Of a DNA stretch of 64,000 bases, positions 35,721 through 51,339 are shown in pieces. The stretch spans positions 27,112,907 to 27,176,906 of the forward strand of contig NW_026988463.1 of assembly GCF_030222135.1 (NCBI RefSeq), read 5' to 3'. The notes beneath the pieces are model-generated. The model made no database searches, was not told the origin of the DNA, and saw only the letters and a list, made by a program, of their open reading frames with translations. Position 1 is the stretch's first letter. Every line of letters starts with the position of its first letter. The stretch is from Aotus nancymaae. Taxonomy: Eukaryota. Position numbers and translations under genes: made by a program.

Positions 35721-35937
35721 CTGCAGGAAGATGAGAAGAGGTGTGAGGTGTAAGGATGGGGGACCAGGTCTCCACTACCACAGGGGACACCAAATGAGAG
35801 AAACCTTTCTATCACCCAAGTGAGGGCCACTCTTGCTTAGGAACAGGCAGGAGGAAAAGGATGATCATGGCAGCCAGACTCACAGGCCCCCACAGCCCCG
35901 AGTCTCCCCCACAGCCCCGAATCTCCCCAACGCCCAC

Positions 35938-36097
35938 CTCTCATTGTCCTGCCGGATGTAGGTCTTTGGCCCGACCTCCACACGGGACACGTTGCTGTTC
36001 TGGTCCAGCACGTGGATGTAGTGGTATGGGGGGATGCGGATGATGAACTCTTCAGTTGCCATGGTGACTCTTAAGCCCAGAGCTCACCAGAAGATGA
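35938..36097 (-). CDS. MVP: MVP exon 2 (first coding exon; ATG at 36062-36060; [41 protein letters not shown]); 5' UTR part 36063-36097
   Basis: The ATG sits in a CC-ATG-G context. Donor GT at 35937-35936 (minus strand); upstream acceptor AG at 36099-36098. Confidence 0.9.
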
Positions 36098-37070
36098 CTG
36101 GCAGGTAAGGGAGAGGACACAGGATGAGCCTGGGGAGCCTGGGCTGGGGCAGGCATGAGTCTGGAGACAGGCCCTCGGTGGGATACGGCCCTACCTCCTC
36201 CAGCCAGGCCACGGCACCCTTCCCTGTCCGTATCCGCATGCCCACCACTCCCTGTCTTCACCCCACCCAAGATAACACAGCCTATCCTGACCACACCTTT
36301 GCCAAGAACTGCTTGATGCAGTGAGCCACAGAGACCCAGGCTTCCTTGCCCATTCCGTTCCCTCATTCCCATCAACTACTTCCCCCTACACTGCTACCAG
36401 CACTGCAAAGGGCTTCAGATCAAGGCACTCCCAGTCCCGAAGGTGGAGAAATACAGCAAGCTGGGAGAGTGGGGAGCCATGGAGGCAGTGACGTGGCCTT
36501 GTCCAGCACGTAACAGGCAGTGGCTCTGAGGAGCTGTTTGGCTCCTCCGGGGACACGGGCAGGCTTTGAGAATCCTGAGGCCTCAGCTGTATTCAAACAT
36601 CAGCCCATAGCCAAAGAATATCTGTATGCCTCAGGTAGTGCAGTGGCTAGGATTCAGCCATAGCAAACAAACACAAGGAAATGTTTGCATGAGCTGTGTC
36701 TACACCCCCGCCCCCGTTCCTACACTTTCAGACCTGGCCCACCGCTCATGAAAGGGATCCCAGATGGAACTGAGGCTTCCACAGGACCAACTGCATCAGT
36801 AACACTGCAAATTGCTCTCATCCCTTCACCCCCAGTTCTCTCACCCTCAGCTCCCGCAGTTGTGAGCAAGGGTGGGGTGGAGAGGAAGGAGAAGGGGGAT
36901 AATTATCATATTCCACCCATCCCATCCATCTGCTTCTGAATCCTGAGTGGAGTGCCACATGCCCTACCTAAGCCCCATCCCTGCCCCCAGCACCCCTTGG
37001 ACTTTGGACATGTCCCTTTGAGTCACACAAATGGAACCATTTAGTAGGTGCTCCAGAGCCTCATCCTTAA

Positions 37071-37668
<598 letters not shown>

Positions 37669-37712
37669 TGATAAGGAGACTCTTTTGTCTGGTTGTGGCC
37701 TCAAAAATGTCT

Positions 37713-37788
37713 GGCCAGGTGCAGTGGCTCATCCCTGTAATCCCAGCATTATGGGAGGCAGAGCGAGACTGTCACAAAAAAAAAAAGT
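37713..37788 (+). mobile_element. Alu fragment (left arm 5' end plus A-tail)
   Basis: GGCCAGGTGCAGTGGCTCATCCCTGTAATCCCAGCATTATGGGAGGCAGAGCGAGACTGTCACAAAAAAAAAAAG. Confidence 0.7.
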
Positions 37789-38283
37789 GGCTTTTCATCA
37801 GTTCCACCATCTGCCCAGCCTCCCACCCCAGGTGAGAAATGCAAGGGGAAGGAGGGAGTGGCCTGGCCAAGAAAAACAGGCAGGAGCCATGAATTACAGA
37901 AGAAAGGCTAGATACAGCCCAAGAGAAGAGGTATACTTGAGTCCTATAATCTGTAAAATTTCAACTTTTTGTTTAGAAGTTGTGAATCTTCACAAAATCC
38001 CAATTCCTGCTTCACTTGGAGAATTAGAAGACCAGCAACACAGCCTACAGTCAAGCCTCAGCCGCCCCTTTAGATGGAACACAAGCTTCCCCACCTACCA
38101 CAGTCCCCATCACCCCATACTGCCTTACGGCCACACCACTGCACTGCCCTCCTTGTTTAAAAACCCTTTAACTCAGCAGTGTCCAATGGAAACTTCTACA
38201 GTGATGGAAATTTTCTAAATCTGTGCTGTCCTTGGACTAACCACATCCACATGTGGCTCCTGAACACTTAAAATGTGGCTAGC

Positions 38284-38580
38284 GGCTGGGCACTATGGCT
38301 CACGCCTGTAATCACAGCACTTTGGGAGGCCGAGGCGGGTGGATCATCTGAGGTCGGGAGTTTGAGACCAGCCTGGTCAACATGGTGAAACCCTGTCTCT
38401 ACTAAAAATACAAAAATTAGCTGGGCATGGTGGTGCGTACCTGTAATCCCAGCTACTCGGGAGGCTGAGGCAGAATTGCTTGAACCCCAGAGGCAGAGGT
38501 TGCGGTGAGCAGAGATCTCATCATTGCACTCTAGCTCTGGGAGACAAAGCAATACTCCATCTTGGAAAAAATAAATAAAA
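38284..38580 (+). mobile_element. Alu
   Basis: Forward Alu consensus. Confidence 0.9.
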
Positions 38581-38619
38581 TGTGGCTGATGCATCTGAGG
38601 AACTAAATTTTTAAATTAT

Positions 38620-38909
38620 TTTTTGAGACAAGGTCTTGTTCTGTCGCCCAGGCAGAAGTGCAGTGGCACAATCATGGCTCACTGCAGCCTCAACCTCCAG
38701 GCTCAAGCGATCCTCCCACCTCAGCCTCCCAATTAGCTGAGATTACAGGTACATGCCACCAGGCCTAGCAAATTTTTTTTTTTTTTTTTCCTGCAGAGAT
38801 GACATCCTGCTATGTTGCCTAGGCTGGTCTCGAACTCCTGGGCTCAAGCAATCCTCCCGCCTCAGCTTCCTAAAGTGCTGGGATTAGAGGTGTGAGCTAC
38901 TACACCCAG
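38620..38909 (-). mobile_element. Alu
   Basis: Alu consensus in reverse complement. Confidence 0.9.
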
Positions 38910-39388
38910 GTGATTTTAATTTAAATTGCCAAACAAGTCTGGTTGATCCCATATTGGACAATGGAGTTCTAAATAGTTGAGACCCAGATAGGGACAATGA
39001 ATCCTTCAAGGCCACACAGCAACTTAGTGGTACTGTTGGGACTAGAACCCCAGTGGAACGCCTGGTCCTGTCTTTCTAGAGAGGCATCACGGTCCCGTCA
39101 TTAGGGGCACCCATTCTGAACCGAACTGCCGGGTCTTACAACTCTGATGGGCTGTTTTCATGTTTTTATATTGTTTCCTTACTGCCTTGCCTCATTTTGA
39201 AAGAGGTTACAGTTTGGATGTTTTCCTGGCACACTCCACATCACAGGTAGGTTATTCTGCTGCTCGTTCTTTCATCTTGCAACTTTGTATGAGATCTGAA
39301 CTTGATACTTTTCTGTTGCTCATTTTTGTTCAAAGTTACTTTCCCTTCATTTGTAGGAGCGTGGCTTGTCTAACATCAGAATTGCCAC

Positions 39389-39988
<600 letters not shown>

Positions 39989-40164
39989 CTCCTCTCACCA
40001 CTCTTAAGGGGACCTTGTCTTTTCTTCCTATTGCCGCGTCCTGCTCAGCTTTGATTTCACTCCCCAGTTGCTCTACAATACTGGGTGCAGTTCTGGAAAG
40101 GCAACTTCCTAGAGTCCAGAGGGCTGGGACTGCCTGGATCTGGACCTTTTTTGGGGGGGGGGCG

Positions 40165-40444
40165 GGAGGCGGGGATAAGATCTCCTTGTTGCCCAGGCTG
40201 GAGTGCAGTGATGTAATCATGGCTCACTGCAGCCAGCCTTGAACTCCTCAGCTCAAGGGACCATCTCAGCCTCCCGAGTAACTGGGACTGGAGGTACATA
40301 CCACCACACCTGGCCAATTTTTAATTTTTTGTAGGTGTAAGGTCTTTGTTGTCCAGGTCGGTCTCAAAATCCTAGCCTTAAGTCATCATCCAGCCTTAGC
40401 TTCCAAAAGCACTGGGATTACAGGTGGAGCCACCTCGCCCAGCC
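40165..40444 (-). mobile_element. Alu (diverged)
   Basis: Alu consensus in reverse complement. Confidence 0.85.
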
Positions 40445-40454
40445 AGGATGCCTG

Positions 40455-40600
40455 GATCTTGGCTCTCACCATTATGGGATCGGTGATCTTGGACAAGTCC
40501 CTTGACCACCCCGTGCCTATTTCCTCATCTACAAAATCATCAACCGAGTTAGCACATAAAGCACTCGGAACAGAGCCTGGCTCTTCATCCACACTGTCTG
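40455..40600 (+). repeat. MIR element (MVP intron 1)
   Basis: GACAAGTCCCTTGACCACCCCGTGCCTATTTCCTCATCTACAAAATCATCAACCGAGTTAGCACATAAAGCACTCGGAACAGAGCCTGGC follows the MIR core. Confidence 0.75.
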
Positions 40601-41740
40601 ACTGCAGAGGAGGGAAGAGTGCCTGAGGCCCAACTTTCCTATCCATTGTGGGATCTAGGGAATGTAACAATTGCCGGGGGCTCCCCACCTGACCTGGCAT
40701 GCTGGTTTAAGCCTCAGTTGTTTACTGGTCAGTGGCAAGTCTTGTTTCACCCCAGCTGCAGGGATGGAACAGCAAGTAGGGGCTTCACTGCCAAGCGAAG
40801 CTTTTTCCACTGCTCCCTTGGTGGGTTCTCTGTAGGGCAGAAACCTGGCCAGGAAACCAGATGGGAGAAGAGGAAGGGCTGGGGCTCTGAGCGGAGGTAC
40901 AGACAGGGCTCTGAGGCTCCCCGGAGAAGATCTGAACTCTAGAAGGCCATGCAAGGTTGGAAGCGGGCTCCGGGAACAGCCTCCATTGGCTCATTGACTG
41001 ATGACCCCCCCATACCCCCGACAGCTGAGGCCTCTCCACCATCTGCTGCCCCAGCTGGGCCCTGTCGGGGGGCTGAGTGCCGCGCCCAGCTCAGCCCGGT
41101 GACTCAGCAAGTCATTCTCACGGCTGGACTCCTGCCTTGTTCTGAGGCCAAGCCCTCGCCACCTGCCCCTGCATCAGCACTGGGACCCCACCTCGCCTCC
41201 CTGACCGCCCGCCTGCCATACCCCAAACCTGGGCCTTCTGCCTAGACCACCTGCCAGGTTCTACCCTCGCCATCCATGGAGGTGAGCCAGGAAAACCCTT
41301 TGACTCAGCAGCACGTTCCTGACAAGTCTCAGATTTAGGTTTTTGTAGTTTCCTTCCAGATGACATGCGCAGTTAGAGCATTTTACTTCCAATAGATCAG
41401 GGCCCTCTAAAGACAATGGCATGGATTGTGTTGACCTTTGAAAGGTTCTGCCCAGCCCTCAGGCTTGGCCCCAACTCCCCAAATCCACTCACCCACCTGT
41501 CTCCCTTCAGTCCCTGCTTCTGAGGCCTGCCCTAGTTGAGTCTCAGCGTAGACGCCAGTCCTGCCTGATCACACCTCCCTCAGGTGTCGTTAGGCTCCTG
41601 CAAGAACCACAACCAGCTTTCACCCAAAATCCCACCAGTGTCTCTCCCACCATGAGGCTAAATGGGCAGAGAACTAAACAGCCTGTCTAAAGCAGAAACC
41701 AGGTTCGTCATCTAGTTAAGAGGGGCTCTTGGCTGAGGGG

Positions 41741-41873
41741 TGGCTCACACCTATAATCACAACACTTTGGGAGGCTGAGGGTGGGAGGATGGCTTGAGGC
41801 CAGGAGTTCAAGACCAGCTTGGGCAACATAGCAAGGCCCTACCTCTTTTTTCTTAAAAAAAAAAAAAAAAAAC
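41741..41873 (+). mobile_element. Alu, left-monomer-like with an A-tail
   Basis: Partial forward Alu consensus. Confidence 0.75.
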
Positions 41874-42007
41874 GTAAACTGGATCACAGACTCTTGACTC
41901 AAAAGGAAACTTCTGCTACTTACAGCAAAACTTAATAAATAAATGAGTCATGAGTCACTACTTCCCAGAGATCTTCAGGGTCAACTGTGAGTAGCCGATA
42001 CAGTGAG

Positions 42008-42307
42008 TCTTTTTTTTTTTAAGACAGACTTTCACTCTGTCACCCAAGCTGGCGTGCAGTGGCACGATCTCGGCTCACTGCAATGTCCACCTACCTCCCG
42101 GATTCAAGCAATTCTCATGCCTCAGCCTCCCAGTAGCTGGAATTACAGGCACAGACCACCAAGCCTGGCTAATTTTTTGTATTTTAGTAGAGATGGGGTT
42201 TCACCATGTCACCCCCAGGGTGGTCTCAAACTCCTGAGTTCAGGCAATCTGCCTGCCTCAGCCTCCCAAAGTGCTAGGATTACAGGTGTGAGCTACCACA
42301 CCTGGCC
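42008..42307 (-). mobile_element. Alu with target-site duplication AGTGAGTCT
   Basis: Alu consensus in reverse complement; the TSD is visible on both flanks. Confidence 0.9.
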
Positions 42308-42549
42308 CATAGTGAGTCTTAACTAGCAATTGACCAAGTGACCACACTGCCTCCGGCGTCTGCAGTGAGCAGAGTGGCACCACCTGGAGGCTTGTTAGCA
42401 ATGCAGCCTCGGGCCCCACCCCAAAGCCACTGAATCCTCAGTATTATAATTTGACCTACAATGACTTGCACACACATTAAAGTCTGAGCAGCTCTGGTCT
42501 AAAGCAGAGTAACTGACGGCCCAGGCTGCACACTAGTCATCTGGAAATG

Positions 42550-42854
<305 letters not shown>

Positions 42855-43095
42855 TTCTGGAGATCTTTTTTAAAGCCATCCATCTCTGGTGATTCTGTTT
42901 AATTGGACTGGGTGAGGTTCAAGCACTGCAATTTTAAAAAGTTCTCCCCTCTGACTCTGAATATATAGCCAGGATTGAGAGCCAGTGGGAAAATGTCACT
43001 CCAGCAGTTTTTAGCACTGGCAGCATGCTCCTGGGCCACTTACTAGCCTCTGAGCCTTCCTCTCCAGTGAAGTGAGAATAAAAGTGACTGGTGAC

Positions 43096-43399
43096 CAGGC
43101 TTGGTGACTCACACCTATAATCCCAGCACTTTGGGAGGCCAAGGTGGGAAGATCGCTTGAGGCTAGGAGTTCAAGACCAGCCTGGGCAACACAGGGAGAC
43201 CCCGTCGCTACCAAAATCATAAAAAATACTAGCTAGGTGTGGTGGCACACACCTGTGGTCCCTGCTGCTTTGGAGGCTGAGGTGGGAGGATCGCCTGTAC
43301 CTGGAAGGTCAAGGAAGGTCAAGGCTGCAGTGAACCGTAAATGAAGCTCACAAGTGCACTCTAACCTGGGCAACAGAGTGCATGCACTCTCAATGCACT
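43096..43399 (+). mobile_element. Alu (diverged)
   Basis: Forward Alu consensus. Confidence 0.85.
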
Positions 43400-43516
43400 A
43401 TTTTTTTGAGACCATCTCAAAAAAAAAAAGTGACTGCTTTCTGAAATCAGAGGTATTAGAGGACAGAGGGTTTCTGATGCACAGTAGGACCTGGAAGGAG
43501 GATAAAGTTCTGTTCC

Positions 43517-43832
<316 letters not shown>

Positions 43833-44547
43833 TCAAGGGCAGGGAACTGTACTTATTCTCCTCCAGCCCATTCCCTTACCCAGGTCCAAGCAGCCTCCTT
43901 TGTCCCCAACCCCAGGGCTCTTGGTCCAGGCGATCCAGAGGTTGGAGGTGAGGTCGGTGACCCAGCCCTGTCCCCAGACCTCCCACAGCTTCAGGTTCAG
44001 GAAAAGGCACGTAAAGTTTGGTATAAACAGGAACACAACTTCATGGAGTTTCTCCTCACTGATTTAAGTTAAATATTCTAGTCTATTTAGAGAATGAGTC
44101 ACATGACTCAGGAATTACCAACAGCCTATTTTCACCCAGTGGCTTCCTGGTTTACCTGCTTTAGGAGATCATTAATGGAAATCGAGAATCTGTCTCACAA
44201 AAATTGCCTTTTTTAAAAGCCACACAGTTTTAGGAACTTCTCTTCCCAAGGAAATCGTATCTGAGCTCCAGCCCAACTGGGCCACTTTGTGGGAGGGGGA
44301 ACAGCCTGGTGGCCTTCAGGAGGTGAGGGGGAGACAGAACAGCTCAGCTAGCCCAGACCTCCACTTGTTCTCCCTCCCCACATTCCTGCCAATTAACGCC
44401 AGTCACTGGAGGCAAGAACCAACTGGATCAGATACGACCCACGAAACAAGCTTCAGAACCCCTCATCTACAGCAGTATTTTCTAAACTTGCCTAATCGTA
44501 GGACTGAGCTGGAATTTTTTTTTTTAAAAAAAGAACAACCTCCCCCC

Positions 44548-44566
44548 CCACCACACACACACACAA
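44548..44566. repeat. (CA)n microsatellite next to a poly-C run
   Basis: CCCCCCCCACCACACACACACAAAAC. Confidence 0.8.
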
Positions 44567-44687
44567 AACAGAGACGGAGGTCTCCCCATGTTGCTCAGGC
44601 TGGTCTGAAACTCCTGGCCTCAAGCCATCCTCCTACCTGGGCCTCCCAAAGTGCTGGGATTACAGGCCTGAGTTACCACGCCCAGCC
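44567..44687 (-). mobile_element. Alu monomer fragment
   Basis: Partial Alu consensus in reverse complement. Confidence 0.75.
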
Positions 44688-46062
44688 CTGGGCTGGAATT
44701 CTTAACCCCACTCCGGCTGCTTTTTGCAGGCCTCACTTCTGACCCACTGGGTCTAGGTTTCCGGGAGACAGCCTCTGGACCCTGTGTTCTAGGCAAACGC
44801 CCCTAAGTAACAGCTCCCACTTAACCATGAGCTTAATCTGTGTCAGGCCTCAATTAACTCATGTTATCCTCACAAGAGCCTGCAAGTTAAGAAACTTGCC
44901 CAAGAGCCCACAGTTATCAAAGGATGAAGCTGAAAGTCTGCTCTGGAAATCATGACTGCAGAGACCACAAACCAGGAAGCAGTGGCTTTTCAGGCAGAAA
45001 CAGGAAGATTCTAAACCGAGAACAAGGACTAGAGGACCTGGGTGGGGCTGGGTACTTTCCCAGATGGCACCAATGGCAGTTCAAAGGTGAATGTTTTCTG
45101 TAACCCGGGCCAGTGCCCAGCCTCTGTTCCCCCAAGACCTGGGAGGGCAGCACCCAAGGTAACCTGAGCACCCTGTTACCTTGGAGCCCTCAGGCTGTCT
45201 CTGGGCCACCCACTCAAGGTGGCCTCCCTACCTGCTCAAGGCTACAGAGGGCTGTCCTGTCCAAACAGTCACACCCCAGGGCCAACCCAGTGCTCTGCGT
45301 GCCAAGGGAGTTTCTGGGAGAGCCACCTGATACTCCACGTGACAACCGGCCTTTCCCCCATCACCCAGGGGTCACCCAGGCACGGAGCAGAGGACACAGG
45401 GGCCATCAGCCTTACTATCACCCCCACCCGAGGGACTGCTCTAAGATCCGCAGAATCTCAGCCTGGTGGGTACAGCTAAGCATCCTCCCAAAAAGTGAAA
45501 GAACCTGGGTTACCAAATTCTATGCCTTCTGGAAATCACTCTAATGACTTCTGGAATGATTGGCTGAGGCCAACATCTGGCCCAGCCCTGCATGGGGCAG
45601 TAGGAAAGCCTCCTCTGTCAGAGTTAAGGGGCCTGAATGTGGACAGGTCACATTCTTGGGGCTCAAGGTGACAGGCCAGAGCCCAGGTCCCCAGGACAGT
45701 GCAGGTAAGTAGAACAATCACCAATCTAGCTCTGAGATGGGGTCTGAATGGACCCTGTGAGGTTGCCCACCTGATGTCTCATGTGGAACCCTGAATCAGA
45801 GGCCCGAGAGTTGTAGGGCAGTGGGGGACAGTGTCGGTGAGTTAATCTACCTTTACTTCAAAACCCAGAAAACTCCAATTATTGGAAAGTGAAATCTCCC
45901 AAAGCAAAGCCACCGCCCATCCTCCTTGCCCACTCTGATTCAGATCTTCCCTGCCCCCCAGCAGAAGCAAGGCCCTTGAAAACAGGACAGGGTTAAAGAG
46001 AGCCTTAAGGGATACAAAGATCTGCCCGATTTGAGGTTTGGGGGGCCAGCACCACGTACTCA

Positions 46063-46110
46063 CATCTAGAAGTGCGGCTAGCTGCAACACACGCCTGAGA
46101 TGGGGAACTC
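46063..46110 (-). other. MVP: Candidate MVP non-coding exon 1 (donor GTGAGT at 46062-46057); 5' end not determined
   Basis: A consensus donor lies directly downstream of a GC-box and inverted-CCAAT promoter-like region about 10 kb upstream of exon 2. The distance matches the human intron 1 and gene span. No coding constraint is available to confirm it. Confidence 0.4.
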
Positions 46111-46450
46111 TCACCCAGCCCTGAGGATCACTTCCCGGCAGGCCAAGCCAGGCCTGGCCCAGGGGTGGGGCTTGGGAGTTAAAGGGCCCTTGCAGCTGGT
46201 TCTCATTTTGTCCTCTGGGCCGTCTCTGCTGCAGCTGAAGGCACACAGCTCCCTGCCCGCTAATTAGTTTCTGCCTTGGAGCCAGCTGGCGGCACTGGGG
46301 TGTGGCTGGGAGGGGCTGGAGAGCCCAAGACAGGGCAGGTGCTGACTGAGGGTGCCTCTGCCCATCTGGCTTTCATTTTCCAATCTGGGTGAATACAATT
46401 CTGCCTCTCCCTTCAAGTGGGGCCAAACTGTTGAGGCTCCAGCTATAGCC
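46100..46450 (-). promoter_or_regulatory. MVP: Putative TATA-less MVP promoter region (GC boxes CCCCACCCC, GAS-like TTCCCGGCA at 46131-46139, inverted CCAAT at 46381-46385)
   Basis: The motif combination matches the described architecture of the human MVP promoter. The region sits immediately upstream of the candidate exon 1 donor. Confidence 0.45.
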
Positions 46451-46481
46451 ACTCCTCTTAAGAGATGATAGCTCTGCATCT

Positions 46482-46487
46482 TTTATT
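46482..46487 (-). promoter_or_regulatory. PAGR1: PAGR1 polyadenylation signal (AATAAA on the minus strand), about 260 nt after the stop codon
   Basis: TTTATT on the plus strand; it is the first canonical signal downstream of the PAGR1 stop codon. Confidence 0.55.
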
Positions 46488-46554
46488 TCAGTCTCAGAAA
46501 ATTCAGTCCTAGTCTCCAAATAGGTGTTCAACAGAAAACACGCACACACTCTCT

Positions 46555-46600
46555 TCCTTTCACACACACACACACACTCTCTCTCTTTTTTCTCTCTTCC
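46555..46600. repeat. PAGR1: (CA)n(TC)n compound microsatellite in the PAGR1 3' UTR
   Basis: CACACACACACACACTCTCTCTCTTTTTTCTCTCTTCC. Confidence 0.85.
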
Positions 46601-46744
46601 TCTTTCCCTCTTTTCCGCAACGTGCTGTTTGGGAGCTTGGGGTTTCTCTCTTCTTCCCAAGTTTCTCAGTGTCTGGGCTGGGGAAGGAGGGCCCAGGCCC
46701 CAGCAGGTACAGACGCTGCACACTAGAGGCAGGAGCAGCAGGAG

Positions 46745-47014
<270 letters not shown>

Positions 47015-47309
47015 TTATTACTTGGGGAGCTAGTTAAACATGCAGGTCCCCAGGCCTCTGACTGGGAGGACCTGAGGCTCAGGGTTGGGCCTCAGAAAGG
47101 GTGAGTGGTGAAGGTCTTGAATGACAGGATGGCATGAGCAATGTGAAGAGCATGGAGGACCATATTGGGGAGGGGGACGGCAAGGGTAAAGGCCCAGGAC
47201 AAGAACAGAGTTCTGTTCAGAGAAGAGTGCAGAGAGCTGGCATTCTTGCTCTTCCCTGGCAAGATGGAATCCCTTGGAACATTTTAAGCAGAAAAGTGAC
47301 ATGACTTAT

Positions 47310-47599
47310 GGTCAGGCGCAGGGGCTCACGCCTGTAATTTCAGCAATTTGGGAGGCTGAGGTGGGCAGATCACTTGAGGTCAGGAGTTCAAGACCAGCCT
47401 GGCCAACATGGCAAGACCCCATCTCTAGTAAAAATCACAAAAATTAGCTAGGCGTGATGGCATGTGCCTGTAATCCCAGCTACTCAGCAGGCTGACGCAG
47501 GAGATTCATTTGAACCCAGGAGGCGGAAGTTGCAGTGGGCCGAGATCGTGCCACTGCACTCCAGTCTGGGTGAGACTTCGTCTCAACAACAAAAAAAAG
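47310..47599 (+). mobile_element. Alu (PAGR1 intron 2) with target-site duplication AAAGTGACA(T/C)GA
   Basis: Forward Alu consensus; TSDs on both flanks. Confidence 0.9.
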
Positions 47600-47626
47600 T
47601 GACACGATTTATATTTTAAAAGGATC

Positions 47627-47967
<341 letters not shown>

Positions 47968-48131
47968 TTAGGAGCTACTGCAACTATCCAGGCAAAGATG
48001 GTGGCTTGGATGGGGATGTGGTGTTGAAAGAGGAGAGTAGCAGAGGTACTTGGAATGTACATCTTGTAGTTAGCAAGACTTGCTGTCGGTGTGAAAGTGC
48101 AGGTAAGAGAGAGAAATCAAGAATGGCTCTA

Positions 48132-48235
48132 GGCTGGGTGCGGTGACTCATGCCTGCAATCTCAGCATTTTGGGAGACCAAGGCAGATGGATCACTTGAG
48201 CCCAAGTGTTTGCGACCAACCAGTCTGGGCACGAC
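48132..48235 (+). mobile_element. Alu left-monomer fragment
   Basis: Partial forward Alu consensus. Confidence 0.75.
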
Positions 48236-48417
48236 TCTGAGGGTAAATTCTAGAAAGGCATGTGGGGTGAGAAATGGGGTCACCGGTGTGATTAAAGATG
48301 TACATGGTAGTAGAGGGATGCGAGCTACATAATATTGAAAGGCCAGGACCTGGACTTCTGGGAATGGGAAACATAATATAATTATTTGTAATTTTCCAGA
48401 ATCAATGACTAGTTTTT

Positions 48418-48432
48418 TTTGTGTGTGTGTTT
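48418..48432. repeat. (GT)n microsatellite
   Basis: TGTGTGTGTGTTTTTT. Confidence 0.7.
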
Positions 48433-48453
48433 TTTAATGAATTATCTGTAATT

Positions 48454-48612
48454 TTTTTTTTTAAACAGAGTCTCACTCCGTGGCCCAGGCTAGAGTGCAG
48501 CGGCGTGATCTCAGGTCACCACAACCTCCACCTCCAAGGCTCAAGCAATTCTGCCTCTCCAGTAGCTGGGATTACAGGCACTGGCTACCACAACCGACTA
48601 ATTTTTTGTATC
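48454..48612 (-). mobile_element. Alu, partial
   Basis: Partial Alu consensus in reverse complement. Confidence 0.8.
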
Positions 48613-48640
48613 ATAACCGTCTCTTAAAGGAAGACAAGGG

Positions 48641-48939
<299 letters not shown>

Positions 48940-49074
48940 CTACTGGTGAATGCTCTCTCCTGTAGCTGAAGTTGTGTGGCAGCTGAGGCAGCAAGCAAAG
49001 GCCTCTAGGGCAGCCGATCTGGGGTAACTGAGCCGAGGCCCTTCACCTCCCCAACCTTCCCCTCTCCATTGTAC

Positions 49075-49157
49075 CTGGGGTGCGTCTCCGGTCAATCAGG
49101 GAGTCCTTCGGTGTCACTGGCTCATCATCAAAATCAAATTCCGTGGGCATGTGTGGC
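49075..49157 (-). CDS. PAGR1: PAGR1 exon 2 ([28 protein letters not shown])
   Basis: Acceptor AG at 49159-49158, donor GTACAA at 49074. Confidence 0.9.
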
Positions 49158-49359
49158 CTAGGACAGGTGAACAGAGTGCAGGGTGAGGGCGGTCCTCCTC
49201 TCCCCACCCACACGTGTGCTTCTCCCCTGCCCACTCCTCCTCCCTCGCTGGCTTCCCTCCCTCTGCCTTCTAGGCTCCTGGGTCCCACATTTTCCCCTCC
49301 CTACTTCCTCCTGCCATCAGGGGAGTAGCCCCGGGACAAGGTGTAAGGGTGTGCCTTTA

Positions 49360-50480
<1,121 letters not shown>

Positions 50481-50504
50481 GAGGCGAGTCTCATGCAGTC
50501 TCCG

Positions 50505-50510
50505 TTTATT
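50505..50510 (-). promoter_or_regulatory. PRRT2: PRRT2 polyadenylation signal (AATAAA on the minus strand)
   Basis: TTTATT on the plus strand about 1.2 kb after the stop codon; consistent with the human gene span. Confidence 0.55.
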
Positions 50511-51339
50511 GGTGTTTCAGACTCATGCAACATTCGGCATACAAAAAGGGATAAATCAATTATATATGTATATATATTTTAAAGAATTTTAGTTTCTTTT
50601 TCCCCCAGACTTTTTTTTAGGGAAAAAAAAAACCCGCCAAATCTGAACCATGCTGTAGCTCGGTCCCCGCCTCCTCAGCGGGCTGTCGCGTGCAACAAAC
50701 CTCCCCCGTCATCTTAGAAAATAATTATAGAGCTCCCCGCCCCGCCCTCGCTCCTGCCAGTGGGAGCTTTGGTCCTATTTTTTGGATTCTTTCGTTACAA
50801 AACACGTGAAGGAATCTAGCCCGACACCTTCAAGAAAACTCGCAGACTGGGGTTGAAAAGCCCAGGTGAGCGAGTCAACTCCAGCTGACCTGGGAAGGGT
50901 CAGCGCTTTTTCCCTCCCTTCTCCCCTGCGCGTGTTCAGAACCAGTGCTCGCCACCCTCGCAGAAGTCCCCACACGAGGCCCGGCTTGCCAGCTCTGCGA
51001 CCTGCAAGGCACCCTTGGGTGTCTGAGCCTGGGCGGTCCCAGCGGAGAACAGTCGGAGCCCGGGGTTGGGGAGCCCTCTCCCAGCACTGCTCCCCACCCC
51101 CCAGCCTGATCTAAGTGCTGTCATTTTTGCAGAGGAAACGGTGCCGGGAGGGTGGAGAAGAGGATGCCTTAGGGGAGATGAGGAGGCAGGAAGAGGAAGG
51201 GGGTGGGAAGTGGAGAGGGAAGGGGAAATGGTAAAGGAAGGAAGGAAGAGAGGACTTGGGGGTGGAGAGGATGCCAAGACAATGAAAGTTGGGAGGAGGA
51301 GGCCAGGGTGGAGGTCCAGGGAATTTGAGAGGCTGGAAG

